A DNA stretch of 63,984 nt, the filler included, from Octopus bimaculoides (Eukaryota), in the NCBI RefSeq assembly GCF_001194135.2. It is 7 parts of 5 records of this genome, joined end to end, with 100 filler letters (N's around TTAATTAATTAA, not from the genome) between each part and the next. Parts side by side here need not be neighbours in the genome. Positions count along the whole stretch, not along the records: positions 9,876 to 19,034 come from NW_026332593.1; positions 19,135 to 31,673 come from NC_068983.1; 5 more parts are not named here. The stretch is one strand, 5' to 3'. The position numbers and the translations under genes are program-made. Under the pieces are notes generated by a model. The model did no database searches and was not told the origin of the DNA. It was given only the letters and a program-made list of their open reading frames with translations. Within the stretch, counting starts at the first letter, position 1; the number at the start of each line of letters is the position of its first letter. This document shows, in pieces, positions 12,205-23,243 of the stretch.

Positions 12205-12990
12205 TGACTTCTCTTCAAGATGAACAAAATTTGGTATCGTGTTGTTATCAAGTACCTGTAGAAAAAGGATTTAGTCCCCAAGGACATGTTGATATATCGG
12301 AGGATGATGCTCCAGTTTTATCAACAGTGCAAAACTGATTAACTGATTTGAGCAGAGATAATTTTGAGAAGACTAATGTTCTGAACAGTCTGCAACTGCC
12401 TCCACCGGAGAAAAAAAATAAATTGCCAATGTTATTAGCATATCACATCTAAGAGCTGAGAATATTCTACACAATAAATTTGGCATGATGAAAGTTTCTG
12501 CTTGGTGGGTGTTGCTTCTTCTGACACCTGATTAAAAGGGCACCAGGCTGATCACATTTCGATAATATCTGACATTGCTTGAGGCAAATCCAGTTTCCTT
12601 AAATGTGATGGGTTCATCATTTTGAGTTAGAGAATAAGAGATAATCTAACAGTGGAGACACTCCTCAACACTTGCAGTTGCAAAAGGTTATCAAGGCCAA
12701 ATGCAAGGAAAACTGTCGAGTATGTTTTTCTTTCATCGAAATAAATACTCCAGTGCACAAGTAATTAGTTTTGATGGCTGCTGTGTGTGATTGGCTTTGA
12801 ACTACTAAGCCACCCTCCCTACTTTTGTGATTTGACCTCATCTTATCTATATCCCCTACATATATATAAAAAAAATACTCGGTTTGGAACCAATATCATA
12901 GTGATGATGTCTTATCAGCTGTTGAAAACTTGTTTAACAGGATAGCTTCTTTTCCAAGGCAATCGAAGCAATGAATCGCTGAAAGAAGTA
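12205..12990 (+). mobile_element. Decayed mariner element
   Basis: MNKIWYRVVIKYL, EDDAPVLSTVQ and ILHNKFGMMKVSAWWV..LLT match mariner N-terminal and WVPxxLT motifs. Many stops. Confidence 0.75.
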
Positions 12991-13521
12991 TGTAGATGAT
13001 CTTTTCTGTTTGATTTTCACTTTTCAATTGCGTCAATTTTATTCCAATTTCAAAAATGTGTATTGTTCACATGAACTAAACCAACAGTATGTTTATCCAA
13101 CATTTCACAAAACTTTATTAAAACTTCCATCGTTGAATGTTTTAACATTGTAATGTTGTCACCTTGTACAAAATGCCAGCTTCCTCATCCTGTTCTCTGA
13201 TGGAGGGAAAAATGATCAAACTTTAAACCTCTGTTTCAGTTTTCTAAAGTTTTTCTGGAATAAGTGAATAGCATCAGATTCAACGGGAAAAATTACACCA
13301 ATATATCAAATTTGAAAATTTTCGCTTAATTTTAAAATTTCATAAGGTGAAATCAAGCAGAAAAGATCCTAATATTTAAAAATGAACTTCATTTGGTCAC
13401 ATTCTATGAGAATATATTGGTCAGCCTGTTAACTTTCCAGTCGATCCTCATAATAAAAGTTATTATTATTGAACATTTGTTTGTTTTGATACCCAAATTA
13501 GAAAACTTCACCTCGTTTGTA

Positions 13522-14139
13522 AAAATTTTGGGTACTACAGAAGTGTGGACCTGAGTTCTGAGAGTGCGCATGTCACAAATTTGTGCATTAGTTATAAATA
13601 GTCGATTTTAGCTCACAAAGCAAACTACAAGACGCACAGATGCACGCTACTAGTTAATTTTAACACAGACGTAAATGAGACGCACAGACACGTGCTACTT
13701 GCTGTAAAAGGAGCAGGGTTATTCATGTAATACAAAAAGAAAATTGCAGATAAGTTGAATATAAAAGTGAAAAATAATCATTGAATGCTGAAAAAACATT
13801 CATCTCCCCTAACTCTAAACCCTAACCCCAAACCCTTAATAAAATATGGGAAAAGCTGGAGATGAATGTTTTGAAAACATTCTGAACAATCTTTCAAAAT
13901 GGTTTACTTTTCAATGAAATATCATTTTGTCATTTTTCCTGTTTTTATTCAATTTATCTGCAATTTTCTTCTTGTATTAGATGAATAACCCACTCTCCAT
14001 TTACAGCAAGTAGTGAGCGTCTCGTTTTTTACCTGTGTGCTAAATTCGACTACTTACCACTAATGCATGCGCATGTGCAAATTGTGACATGCACACTCCC
14101 AGAACTCGGATCCACACTTCTCCAGTAGTGCCAAATTTT
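13522..14139. mobile_element. Foldback/MITE-like element with about 280-bp imperfect inverted arms and a CCCTAA-like centre
   Basis: AAAATTTTGGGTACTACAGAAGTGTGGAC...AAAACATTCATCTCC mirrored by GGAGATGAATGTTTT...TCCACACTTCTCCAGTAGTGCCAAATTTT. Centre is CCTAACTCTAAACCCTAACCCCAAACCC. Confidence 0.85.
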
Positions 14140-14159
14140 GGAACTGAGTTTGCAACCCC

Positions 14160-15135
14160 TAAGCAAATCTTGTTCCCAGGCCACTGGGTAGGAGTGAATG
14201 GAGGAAGTAGGTATCAGAGCAAGAGAGGAGAGGTGGGTTGGAGGAAGTAGGTGTGAGAAGAAGAGAGGAGAGAGGAGGAGAGTTGAGCAAAGGAGCGAGG
14301 AGAGAAGATTAATCCCTGTTCACGGCGAAGATGGGAGTCCGGATAGCCCCTGTGCAAGGACGATCCGAACAGACACGTGTTGTAAAGAATGACCGGTAGA
14401 GCGGAAATGGCGCAAGACCTGAGTGTCGTTGCCGAGTCTGATGTCTCAGAGTTGTCCTGCGAACTGGTCAGCCAAGTGGCGTCCTGTTTGACCGATGTAT
14501 AGAGGACAGAGAGAGGAGGAAATAGTAGATGACGTTGCTAGAAGTGCAGGTGAAGGACTCAGTGATATGATAGGGTCGATGAGGAGGGCAACTGCAGCAA
14601 GTGACGAAGGCAACAGGGCAAGAGCAGGGAAACGAGCCGGGTTGGGAGGTTGGGTTCGGGAAAAAGCTGTGGACCAAGAGGTCACATAGGTTGTGGGCTC
14701 CTTTGAAGGAGGGGAGGGGTCGGTTGGGGAAGATGTGCGAAGTGGAGGGATCAGAATGGAGTCGCCAGAAGGCTCGAATAGTGCGATGGAGAGGTAGGGT
14801 GGAGGGGTGGTAGGTAGGGGAAACGGTGAAAGCGGGGCGGATGCAGGGGAGAGAGCAGATGCACGGTCCATGGAACATGTTCTGGCAAGCCAGGAGTTGA
14901 GACTGAGTCTCAAAGTCATGGTCGTCACTGCAGATCCTGCGCAGATGGAGGAATTGTGAATAGGGGATGGAGGGCTTGGTGTGTTTAGGGTGGGAGGAGA
15001 AGTTGAAGTATGAGTGTGAATCTCTATGTTTGTAGTGGGTGGAGGTGGTGAGAGTGGAGTGATGAATGCTGACCGAAATAGTGCAGAAGTAGAGGGCAGG
15101 ATAGAAAAATTTGACAAAAGAGAGGAAGGAGACTA
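14160..15135 (-). mobile_element. Penelope-like element, RT thumb to GIY-YIG remnant
   Basis: HKHRDSHSYFNFSSHPKHTKPSIPYSQFLHLRRICSDDHDF and CPLYIGQTGRHLADQFAGQLRDIRLGND are typical PLE motifs. Frameshifted. Confidence 0.9.
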
Positions 15136-15325
15136 GAGGTTCGTGGGAGAGTGAGGTCACACCGATACAGTCGTCAATACATATACATATACATGCATAC
15201 ATATATAAGCTTCTATGCTGGTGTGAACGCATGTTCCTTGTCTATCTCCTTAACTTCTTGGAAATTTTAGGTATAATTATATTAATGTGTCCATCTGTTC
15301 TAATTTAAATAAATTCTGTGTCTGT

Positions 15326-15414
15326 GTGCAGCTGAGGATTGCTGTGAATTTTAAATTGACGAAATTATTACCTAGTTTAATGAAATGGAGTTGCATGAAA
15401 CGATCGTAGTGCAT
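15326..15414 (+). ncRNA. Type I hammerhead motif, partly decayed
   Basis: GTGCAG-CTGAGGA-TTGC...GCAT-GAAAC-GATC-GTA-GTGCAT. Stem III is the palindrome ACGATCGT; stems I and II carry mismatches. Confidence 0.55.
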
Positions 15415-15525
15415 TACCTCTTGATATCCTTGTTGCTTATTTTGATCACCTTACTTTGAAATTGTATGCATAATACCGTACTAAATTCTGGTGCCTCAAC
15501 TTAAGTACCATATTCATCTGAATCT

Positions 15526-15567
<42 letters not shown>

Positions 15568-15595
15568 AAGAAAAGCAACAAAAATTCAATAGGTT

Positions 15596-15688
15596 ATAGC
15601 AGTACGAACGTTTCGTACAAACTCCATTTATTCATGTAGTGAGAACACTACATAAAATTTACAATGAAAATGTACTCCTCAGCTGCAT
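15596..15688 (-). ncRNA. Type I hammerhead ribozyme with an intact core
   Basis: Reverse complement: ATGCAG-CTGAGGA-GTAC-(long loop with hairpin ATGTAGTG/CACTACAT)-GTAC-GAAAC-GTTC-GTA-CTGC. It has CUGANGA, the G10.1-C11.1 pair, GAAA, a GUA triplet and a 4-bp stem I. Confidence 0.75.
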
Positions 15689-15865
15689 AATGGAATTTCA
15701 TTTTAGAAAGTCATTTTGTAGATGTGTGCAAATTCTGGTGCCTCAAACATTTTAAGTACCACATTTAATCTTTTGATTAAATCTATATTATTATATAGAT
15801 ATATATATACAAAGTTTTAAATTTAAAAGAGAGTTTTGACGCTAATATCCATTATTACTGAAATT

Positions 15866-15955
15866 TATTCCTATGTCAACATTTCTGTATAAGGCTATAT
15901 TTGACTGTCAAATTTAAGTCAAACATAATTTGCCTTACACGTCTTCAGGGAAATA
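15866..15955 (-). ncRNA. Type I hammerhead motif with extended stem II
   Basis: Reverse complement: TTCC-CTGAAGA-C-GTGTAAGGC...GCCTTATAC-A-GAAA-TGTTGACA-TA-GGAA. Intact core, 9-bp stem II. Confidence 0.65.
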
Positions 15956-16124
15956 AATTTAAGAACAAACAAAAAAATCGAGAACAAGAGGTATACCAAG
16001 ACATCGTCTCTAAGTCCAGTCCATATTCAATGTCATTAAATGACTCGTTAAATAAGTTCCTTCTTAAACAAAGGTCCATTAAGGGGAGACAACCCCTCAT
16101 AATACTATCAATAAAATTGATAAG

Positions 16125-16410
16125 TTATAAACAATCCTCTATTATAATGGAAATTCATACTATATTATCTTATCTCTAGAAGCTTATGCAAAAACCACAA
16201 CTGCTATTGTTAAATTATACATTGATATGGCCTGCCTTAAGACCTAATATTATACTATAATGTACTATAAATTATAAACAATCCTCTATTACAATGGAAA
16301 TCTATACTATACTATCTCTAGAAGCTTTTACAAAAACCCAGCTGCTATTGGTAAATTATACATTGGTATGATCTGCCTAAAGACCAAATATTATAGTATA
16401 ATGTATAGCA
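16125..16410. repeat. About 145-bp diverged tandem duplication
   Basis: AAACAATCCTCTATT...TCTCTAGAAGCTT...CTGCTATTG..AAATTATACATTG...AAGACC.AATATTATA occurs twice in direct orientation. Confidence 0.85.
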
Positions 16411-16517
16411 CCAGCAGTTTCGATTTCCAGTCATTCTGTAGATTGCACAAACTGCATAGTGGTGTTTGAGGTAACAGTATGAATAAAGTAGATGGAAAAA
16501 AAAAAAGATTTTATTAG

Positions 16518-16555
16518 GCACGACGTTTTGACCTGTTCTGCATCTCTTCGGGTAC
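16518..16555 (-). ncRNA. Degenerate minimal hammerhead motif followed by AATAAA
   Basis: Reverse complement: GTAC-CCGAAGA-GAT...GTC-AAAAC-GTC-GTGC-CTAATAAA. Two core mutations. Confidence 0.4.
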
Positions 16556-16650
16556 AAAAAATAAACAGTCTCACATACATATACATATAACAGTATTAAA
16601 AAATAGATGGAAAAAATACTTTATTTATATTCATATATATATATTTATTA

Positions 16651-16910
16651 TATATATAAAAAATACAAAAATGGGACAAGGACACAAAGCATCCAGGTGA
16701 TACAAAAAAAGGGACAACAAAACATCCAGATAGACGATACAAAGAAAACAAGGACGGATCATTCGGAGTTTTCTTTCCTCCAAAATTGCAAAGATAATCT
16801 GGAAATCGACTGAGGAAAGAAAACTCCGAATGACCCATCCTTGTTTTCTTTGTATCGTCTGCCTGGATGTTTTGTGTCCTTGTCCCACTTTTGTATCTTT
16901 TATATATATA
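16651..16910. repeat. Foldback inverted repeat (about 100-bp arms, 31-bp spacer)
   Basis: GGGACAAGGACACAAA.CATCCAG...GACGATACAAAGAAAACAAGGA.GG.TCATTCGGAGTTTTCTTTCCTC is mirrored at 16812-16910. The left arm has an internal duplication. Confidence 0.9.
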
Positions 16911-17018
16911 AAAATATAGTAGCATACGTACACTTTGGTCTTATATATATACATGTGCATATATATACAAATACATATATACGTATGTAAATATACATAC
17001 ACATATATATGTGTGGGT

Positions 17019-17072
<54 letters not shown>

Positions 17073-17104
17073 GTATATAATGTAATGTATATATATACAT
17101 CAGA

Positions 17105-17637
17105 AAATTGGTGACAGGTAAGTGATTGTCCCATAAACCAAAAATAAAGTACGAAGATTGTCTGAAGTTGGGATTGAATAAGATAAATGTTCCAAATGAC
17201 AAATGGAAAGATTTAGCGCATTGCCGAGAACAATGGAAAAAAAGCTGTGTATGAAGGTTAAAATGAATTTGAAGGGAAGAGAATGGAGCATGCAATGATC
17301 AAAAGAAAGATGAGAAAAAGTGACAGGAATGGTGCTCTAACAAGCATTAATGAACATGATCTTACATTTGAGAAAAGTAGAAAGATTTGTCTTAGTAAGA
17401 CTGGCCTAGAGAGCCATATGAAATCGCACACCACACATTGATTGTAGATGGACAGATGATTTTGAATGCATACTCTGCCATAAAGTATGCAGATCTAAAA
17501 GTGGCTTGTAATGGCATAGTAAAGATCATGGAGCAGTAAACTGTACAATCACAAAGTTTTCTTGCACTAATTGTCAAAAAGCATGCAAGTCTTTGACAGA
17601 CCTCAAAAGCCATATTTGTGCAGTTCATCGACGATAA
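17105..17637 (+). mobile_element. RTE LINE 3' end with C2H2-type zinc fingers
   Basis: KPKIKYEDCLK...WKDLAHCREQW, then KICLSKTGLESHMKSH, FECILCHKVCRSKSGL*WHSKDH and FSCTNCQKACKSLTDLKSHICAVH. In-frame stops are present. Confidence 0.75.
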
Positions 17638-18543
17638 TCTAGAACATAAAGAAAACAAGTAATGGCTCTACTCGAAATGAGGAGTAGATAGACAGCTGAT
17701 AACTGATGAAGGGTCCTTTGTATTTACTTGTCCTGTTTTCCATTCTTCTCTCAATGTTTACATATTTCATGTTATTTGAACCGTTGGTGACGTCCTGTAC
17801 CCATATATGCATGTGTGTGTGTGTGTATATATATATACACACACACACACATGTATTCATAAAGCTACAATATATATATACATACCTATACACACCTGTC
17901 TGTACATAGTCTGACAGATGATTGCTCTGGGAAGCAGTGAACCATGTTCTTTGATACCAATGCCAAGTGCTTGAGTGTATGTGTGTAATAGGTCCTTGGC
18001 AGACTACAGTTGCTAGTTAATATATCTGGGGGACTTTTGCTTAAAGAACTAACCAGTAGACCAATGGGTTCATTATGCCAAATGTGTGTGTGTCATTTTG
18101 TGTGTACCTCTTGAACTTTGTTAATTTTGTTTTTGATTTGCTTATATACATACACATAATTTTCCTTTATTCTTGTTTTGAAATGTAAAGTAGTAAATAA
18201 ATTAGTAAAGACAAGATTTCTAGCAACATTTTTAAAACAAGTTTCTTACTCTGAGTGCATCATTACACAGGAGTCCACATTGGAAACTATTGGTCTAAAG
18301 CACAATTTTTTCACGACCCCTGGGAAATTACTGTAGACCTCCAATTCACTACATTGCATCTGTGGTCTCCAACTGAGAACCCCTGGTTTAAATCACTATT
18401 AGAATGAAGAATGCAGTATTCCTGTCAGTGCAATATAAACAATCAAGTGAATTGAACCAAATGACTTACTATTGAAATGTAATGCAAATATGTTAAGTTA
18501 GAAAGCAAAAGAACTTGCAGAACAATTATAAGATTGAAATCAT

Positions 18544-18549
18544 TTTATT
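18544..18549 (-). promoter_or_regulatory. Polyadenylation signal AATAAA of the RPL24 transcript
   Basis: TTTATT on the plus strand, 18 nt after the stop codon. Short 3'UTRs are typical of ribosomal protein genes. Confidence 0.75.
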
Positions 18550-18567
18550 CATACATAACCAGATTCT

Positions 18568-18651
18568 TTAACGTTTGCTGCCAACTCTCGGAGCTTTAAC
18601 AGGAACTGACTTAGCTGCTTTTGTTTTTGGATTCAATGTCTTTGAAGCAGG
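18568..18651 (-). CDS. RPL24: 60S ribosomal protein L24, last coding exon (partial gene)
   Basis: Encodes PASKTLNPKTKAAKSVPVKAPRVGSKR*, matching the eL24 C-terminus (human ...VKVSAPRVGGKR*). Preceded by the acceptor TTCTTTATTTTACAG in phase 0. No upstream exons were found in the window. Confidence 0.88.
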   Translation of the reverse strand, partial: PASKTLNPKTKAAKSVPVKAPRVGSKR

Positions 18652-19134
18652 CTGTAAAATAAAGAAGTTAATATTTATTTATAAAGTAACCCTGCAATAA
18701 CAATTCAATAAATATGTAACAAGCATACAATATTAGTGATTGAACTTACAGAGCAAACATCTCCAGGCTAAATAGTAAAACGGATTCAGTTTGGTGGGAG
18801 GAGGGGTGTCTGAGAGAAGATATTACTTCTTGCTTGTAAAAAATGGATAAAAACTGAAGACTTCTAATCTTCTCTTAGATGATTACCAAGTTTAGATCAT
18901 TCTTTTTTTTAAAGAATTGATAAAAATAGGCATTAGGAGATACTGAGACATAACCAGTCAGATGTAAAGAAAGTTTTTGTATGACAATTTACAGTAGGTG
19001 CCCAAAAAGTAGCAAGTAGCAATTTACAGTAGGTNNNNNNNNNNNNNNNNNNNNNNNNNNNNNNNNNNNNNNNNNNNNTTAATTAATTAANNNNNNNNNN
19101 NNNNNNNNNNNNNNNNNNNNNNNNNNNNNNNNNN

Positions 19135-19172
<38 letters not shown>

Positions 19173-19818
19173 GTTCAAATTAACAGAAAACAAAAGACGA
19201 AGGCAGGTGAGGGAACAATAAGCAGGTGTATTAGGACGCTCGGGAAGAATGTAAAAGTCTTCGAAATAAAGTATTGTGAGAAAAAAATTGGACCGAGAAT
19301 GAAAATGAAACTGAGCGAGAGAAAATGTGTAAGGGTTAACGCTTTATATATTCTTTTATATGTTTCAGCCCTGAGTCTGGAGCCATACTGGAACACCGTG
19401 GAACTTATTATGCTTTTGAAAAATGCTAAACCGTTGTACTACACTTTGACAATTTTTCTTATCTTGGCATCTGAAGCAGCTGGAGATACGATTATTTGAC
19501 TAGAAGAACCGGCTATTGCAAGCAAAATTAAATATTGGAAAAGAAAGACGCATTTGGCAAAATTTGGACATACGACTGTTTAACATAATAGCAACGATAT
19601 ATGTGTATATTTATATATATATAATTAATAACCAAAACGGACAAAAACAACAACGTGGTACATGCATAGTATTAATAAGATGCTCAGGGAAGAAAAGAAG
19701 ATGTGTTTTACATTTCGAGCAAAGCTCTTCTTCAGAAACAGGAGACATAGGAAAGTCCAAGAGAAAAGAAGACGGAGGAAATATATTGCCAACAATCCAC
19801 ATCTAATTACACTTTGTA

Positions 19819-19862
<44 letters not shown>

Positions 19863-20660
19863 NNNNNNNNNNNNNNNNNNNNNNNNNNNNNNNNNNNNNN
19901 NNNNNNNNNNNNNNNNNNNNNNNNNNNNNNNNNNNNNNNNNNNNNNNNNNNNNNNNNNNNNNNNNNNNNNNNNNNNNNNNNNNNNNNNNNNNNNNNNNNN
20001 NNNNNNNNNNNNNNNNNNNNNNNNNNNNNNNNNNNNNNNNNNNNNNNNNNNNNNNNNNNNNNNNNNNNNNNNNNNNNNNNNNNNNNNNNNNNNNNNNNNN
20101 NNNNNNNNNNNNNNNNNNNNNNNNNNNNNNNNNNNNNNNNNNNNNNNNNNNNNNNNNNNNNNNNNNNNNNNNNNNNNNNNNNNNNNNNNNNNNNNNNNNN
20201 NNNNNNNNNNNNNNNNNNNNNNNNNNNNNNNNNNNNNNNNNNNNNNNNNNNNNNNNNNNNNNNNNNNNNNNNNNNNNNNNNNNNNNNNNNNNNNNNNNNN
20301 NNNNNNNNNNNNNNNNNNNNNNNNNNNNNNNNNNNNNNNNNNNNNNNNNNNNNNNNNNNNNNNNNNNNNNNNNNNNNNNNNNNNNNNNNNNNNNNNNNNN
20401 NNNNNNNNNNNNNNNNNNNNNNNNNNNNNNNNNNNNNNNNNNNNNNNNNNNNNNNNNNNNNNNNNNNNNNNNNNNNNNNNNNNNNNNNNNNNNNNNNNNN
20501 NNNNNNNNNNNNNNNNNNNNNNNNNNNNNNNNNNNNNNNNNNNNNNNNNNNNNNNNNNNNNNNNNNNNNNNNNNNNNNNNNNNNNNNNNNNNNNNNNNNN
20601 NNNNNNNNNNNNNNNNNNNNNNNNNNNNNNNNNNNNNNNNNNNNNNNNNNNNNNNNNNNN

Positions 20661-20717
<57 letters not shown>

Positions 20718-21014
20718 TATATAAAGACATAAAGCATAGCAAGACTGCCGAAAGGTAGTTTCTAATTAGCTACTGAAATACTCCAATTCTGTCATATATA
20801 CTATCGAAACGAGTGACATAGCTGCTTCATCATATATGTAAACACTCGTAACGACCGTGCATCACTCCCACCAGCATATTTATTACTGTTGGATTTATCA
20901 CACGACGTACTTCGTTACTTAGTAATAGGAATTATCTACAACATTCCTATGTTCGAAACACTATTAATCATAGTAAAAGATAAAGATTTTTCTCCCCATT
21001 TCATAAAATTCCCC

Positions 21015-21065
<51 letters not shown>

Positions 21066-21143
21066 ACAGATATTGTCTTGTGATATTTACTCACCTTCTA
21101 CGTTTGTCGTGTGTGTGTCTGTGTATATGTGTGTTTGTGTGTG

Positions 21144-21176
<33 letters not shown>

Positions 21177-21252
21177 ACATATATACACACATATGTATGT
21201 GTGTATGTACATATATATATATATATACATACACACACACACACACACATAT

Positions 21253-21300
<48 letters not shown>

Positions 21301-22312
21301 NNNNNNNNNNNNNNNNNNNNNNNNNNNNNNNNNNNNNNNNNNNNNNNNNNNNNNNNNNNNNNNNNNNNNNNNNNNNNNNNNNNNNNNNNNNNNNNNNNNN
21401 NNNNNNNNNNNNNNNNNNNNNNNNNNNNNNNNNNNNNNNNNNNNNNNNNNNNNNNNNNNNNNNNNNNNNNNNNNNNNNNNNNNNNNNNNNNNNNNNNNNN
21501 NNNNNNNNNNNNNNNNNNNNNNNNNNNNNNNNNNNNNNNNNNNNNNNNNNNNNNNNNNNNNNNNNNNNNNNNNNNNNNNNNNNNNNNNNNNNNNNNNNNN
21601 NNNNNNNNNNNNNNNNNNNNNNNNNNNNNNNNNNNNNNNNNNNNNNNNNNNNNNNNNNNNNNNNNNNNNNNNNNNNNNNNNNNNNNNNNNNNNNNNNNNN
21701 NNNNNNNNNNNNNNNNNNNNNNNNNNNNNNNGTGTGTGTGTGTGTGTATGTGTGTGTGTGTGTATGTCTGTAATATAGAACAGCGAGAATGAGTGCTCAA
21801 CACCGCATCGGTAGATAAATATTCTTCAGAGGTAGTAGAGTGGGTGGAGGAGGTCGTGCTAGAAATTTCGAAGTTTAAATTGTTTCTTGTACATGCAAGG
21901 GGAGAAGGTTTCCTCCCTAATATTTAAAACGTTCATTATTGATGTTATGAGTAATCTTGAGACGGACCGGCGTCCCATCCAGGAGGAAAATACGTACGCC
22001 ACAGAAATGACACGCGAATACACTTTATCTCTTATCTACAGTGTCAATCTACCAAATTCATTCACAAAAGGTACTGGTCGGTCTGGGACTCTAGTAGAAG
22101 ACACTTGCTCAATGTGTCGTGCAGTGGGGTTAAACCCAAATCAATGGATTGCAATAGCGAGCTTCTTAATCATGCAGCCTCCTAAAGAATTTCTTACATT
22201 TCTTAAACCTCATTTATGGCGTCTGAACATTAAGAAACATTTCAAATATAGTTTTTTGATTTGTTTAATCTATTAAGAAATTAAATTTTATGAAAGAGAA
22301 AGAAAATTATTA

Positions 22313-22860
22313 GGCGCAGGAGTGGCTGTGTGGTAAGTAGCTTGCTTACCAACCACATAGTTCCGGGTTCATTCCCACTGCGTGGCACCTTGGTCAAGTG
22401 TCTCCTACTATAGCTTCGGGCCGACCAAAGCCTTGTGAGTGGATTTGGTAGACGGAAACTGAAAGAAGCCCGTCGTATATATATATATATATATATATNN
22501 NNNNNNNNNNNNNNNNNNNNNNNNNNNNNNNNNNNNNNNNNNNNNNNNNNNNNNNNNNNNNNNNNNNNNNNNNNNNNNNNNNNNNNNNNNNNNNNNNNNN
22601 NNNNNNNNNNNNNNNNNNNNNNNNNNNNNNNNNNNNNNNNNNNNNNNNNNNNNNNNNNNNNNNNNNNNNNNNNNNNNNNNCATCGCTTGACAACCGATGG
22701 TGGTGTATTTACATCCCCGTAACTTAGCGGCTCGGCAAAAGAGACCGATAGAATAAGTACTAGGCTTACAAAGAATAAATCCTGGGGTCGATTTGTTCGA
22801 CTAAAGACGGTGCTCCAGCATGGCCGCAATCAAATGACTGAAACAAGTAAAAATAAAAGA
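22313..22860 (+). mobile_element. tRNA-derived SINE with internal microsatellite (family B)
   Basis: GGCGCAGGAGTGGCTGTGTGG...GGGTTCATTCCCACT head; CCAAAGCCTTGTGAGTGGATTTGGTAGACGGAAACTGAAAGAAGCCCGTCG middle; AATGACTGAAACAAGTAAAA tail. Other copies or fragments at about 27112-27385(+), 27845-28010(-), 31785-31935(-), 34480-34600(+) and 49512-49900(+). Confidence 0.9.
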
Positions 22861-23042
22861 GTAATTCAAGATATATACAATAATCTTTATCTCGGGATTT
22901 CTTGAGATATGGAATTTATTTTAAGGATCCCCTAAGAGCAAAAAGATTGGGAAATGTTACAGACAAAATAGAATATCAAAAAAGAAACCTGGTATACGCA
23001 GTTGAGACAGTATTAAACTGAAATACCCATCTAAGTACCACA

Positions 23043-23243
23043 GTTAATGTATATACACAACTGATAGGCCTGTGGCTGCGGTATTCGTCCTGAGATAACT
23101 TTTTATAGACGTGCTGATTTAAAAGCATATTCGTCTCCCTCAGATATTTATTGCGTTTTTAACGCAGCACGTCCATGAGAGATGTTATGTTAGGTCGTCG
23201 ATTACCGCAGTAACTGGCCTGTCAACGGTGTATGTACGTTAAC
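23043..23243. mobile_element. Small MITE-like inverted repeat (about 75-bp arms)
   Basis: GTTAATGTATATACAC..TGATAGGCC..CTGCGGTA..GACGTGCTG mirrored by CAGCACGTC..TACCGCAG..GGCCTGTCA..GTGTATGTACGTTAAC. Confidence 0.75.

Noticed and set aside
18940-19034. Possible C/D snoRNA in the RPL24 intron (CTGA on the minus strand near 18958)
   Set aside because: No C box or terminal stem before the gap, and no rRNA complementarity recognised.
20790-20826. Hammerhead-like CTGAAATA...GAAAC...TAGCT (similar weak cases near 2760-2820 and 42450-42480)
   Set aside because: Core and cleavage triplet are both non-canonical and stem II is unsupported.
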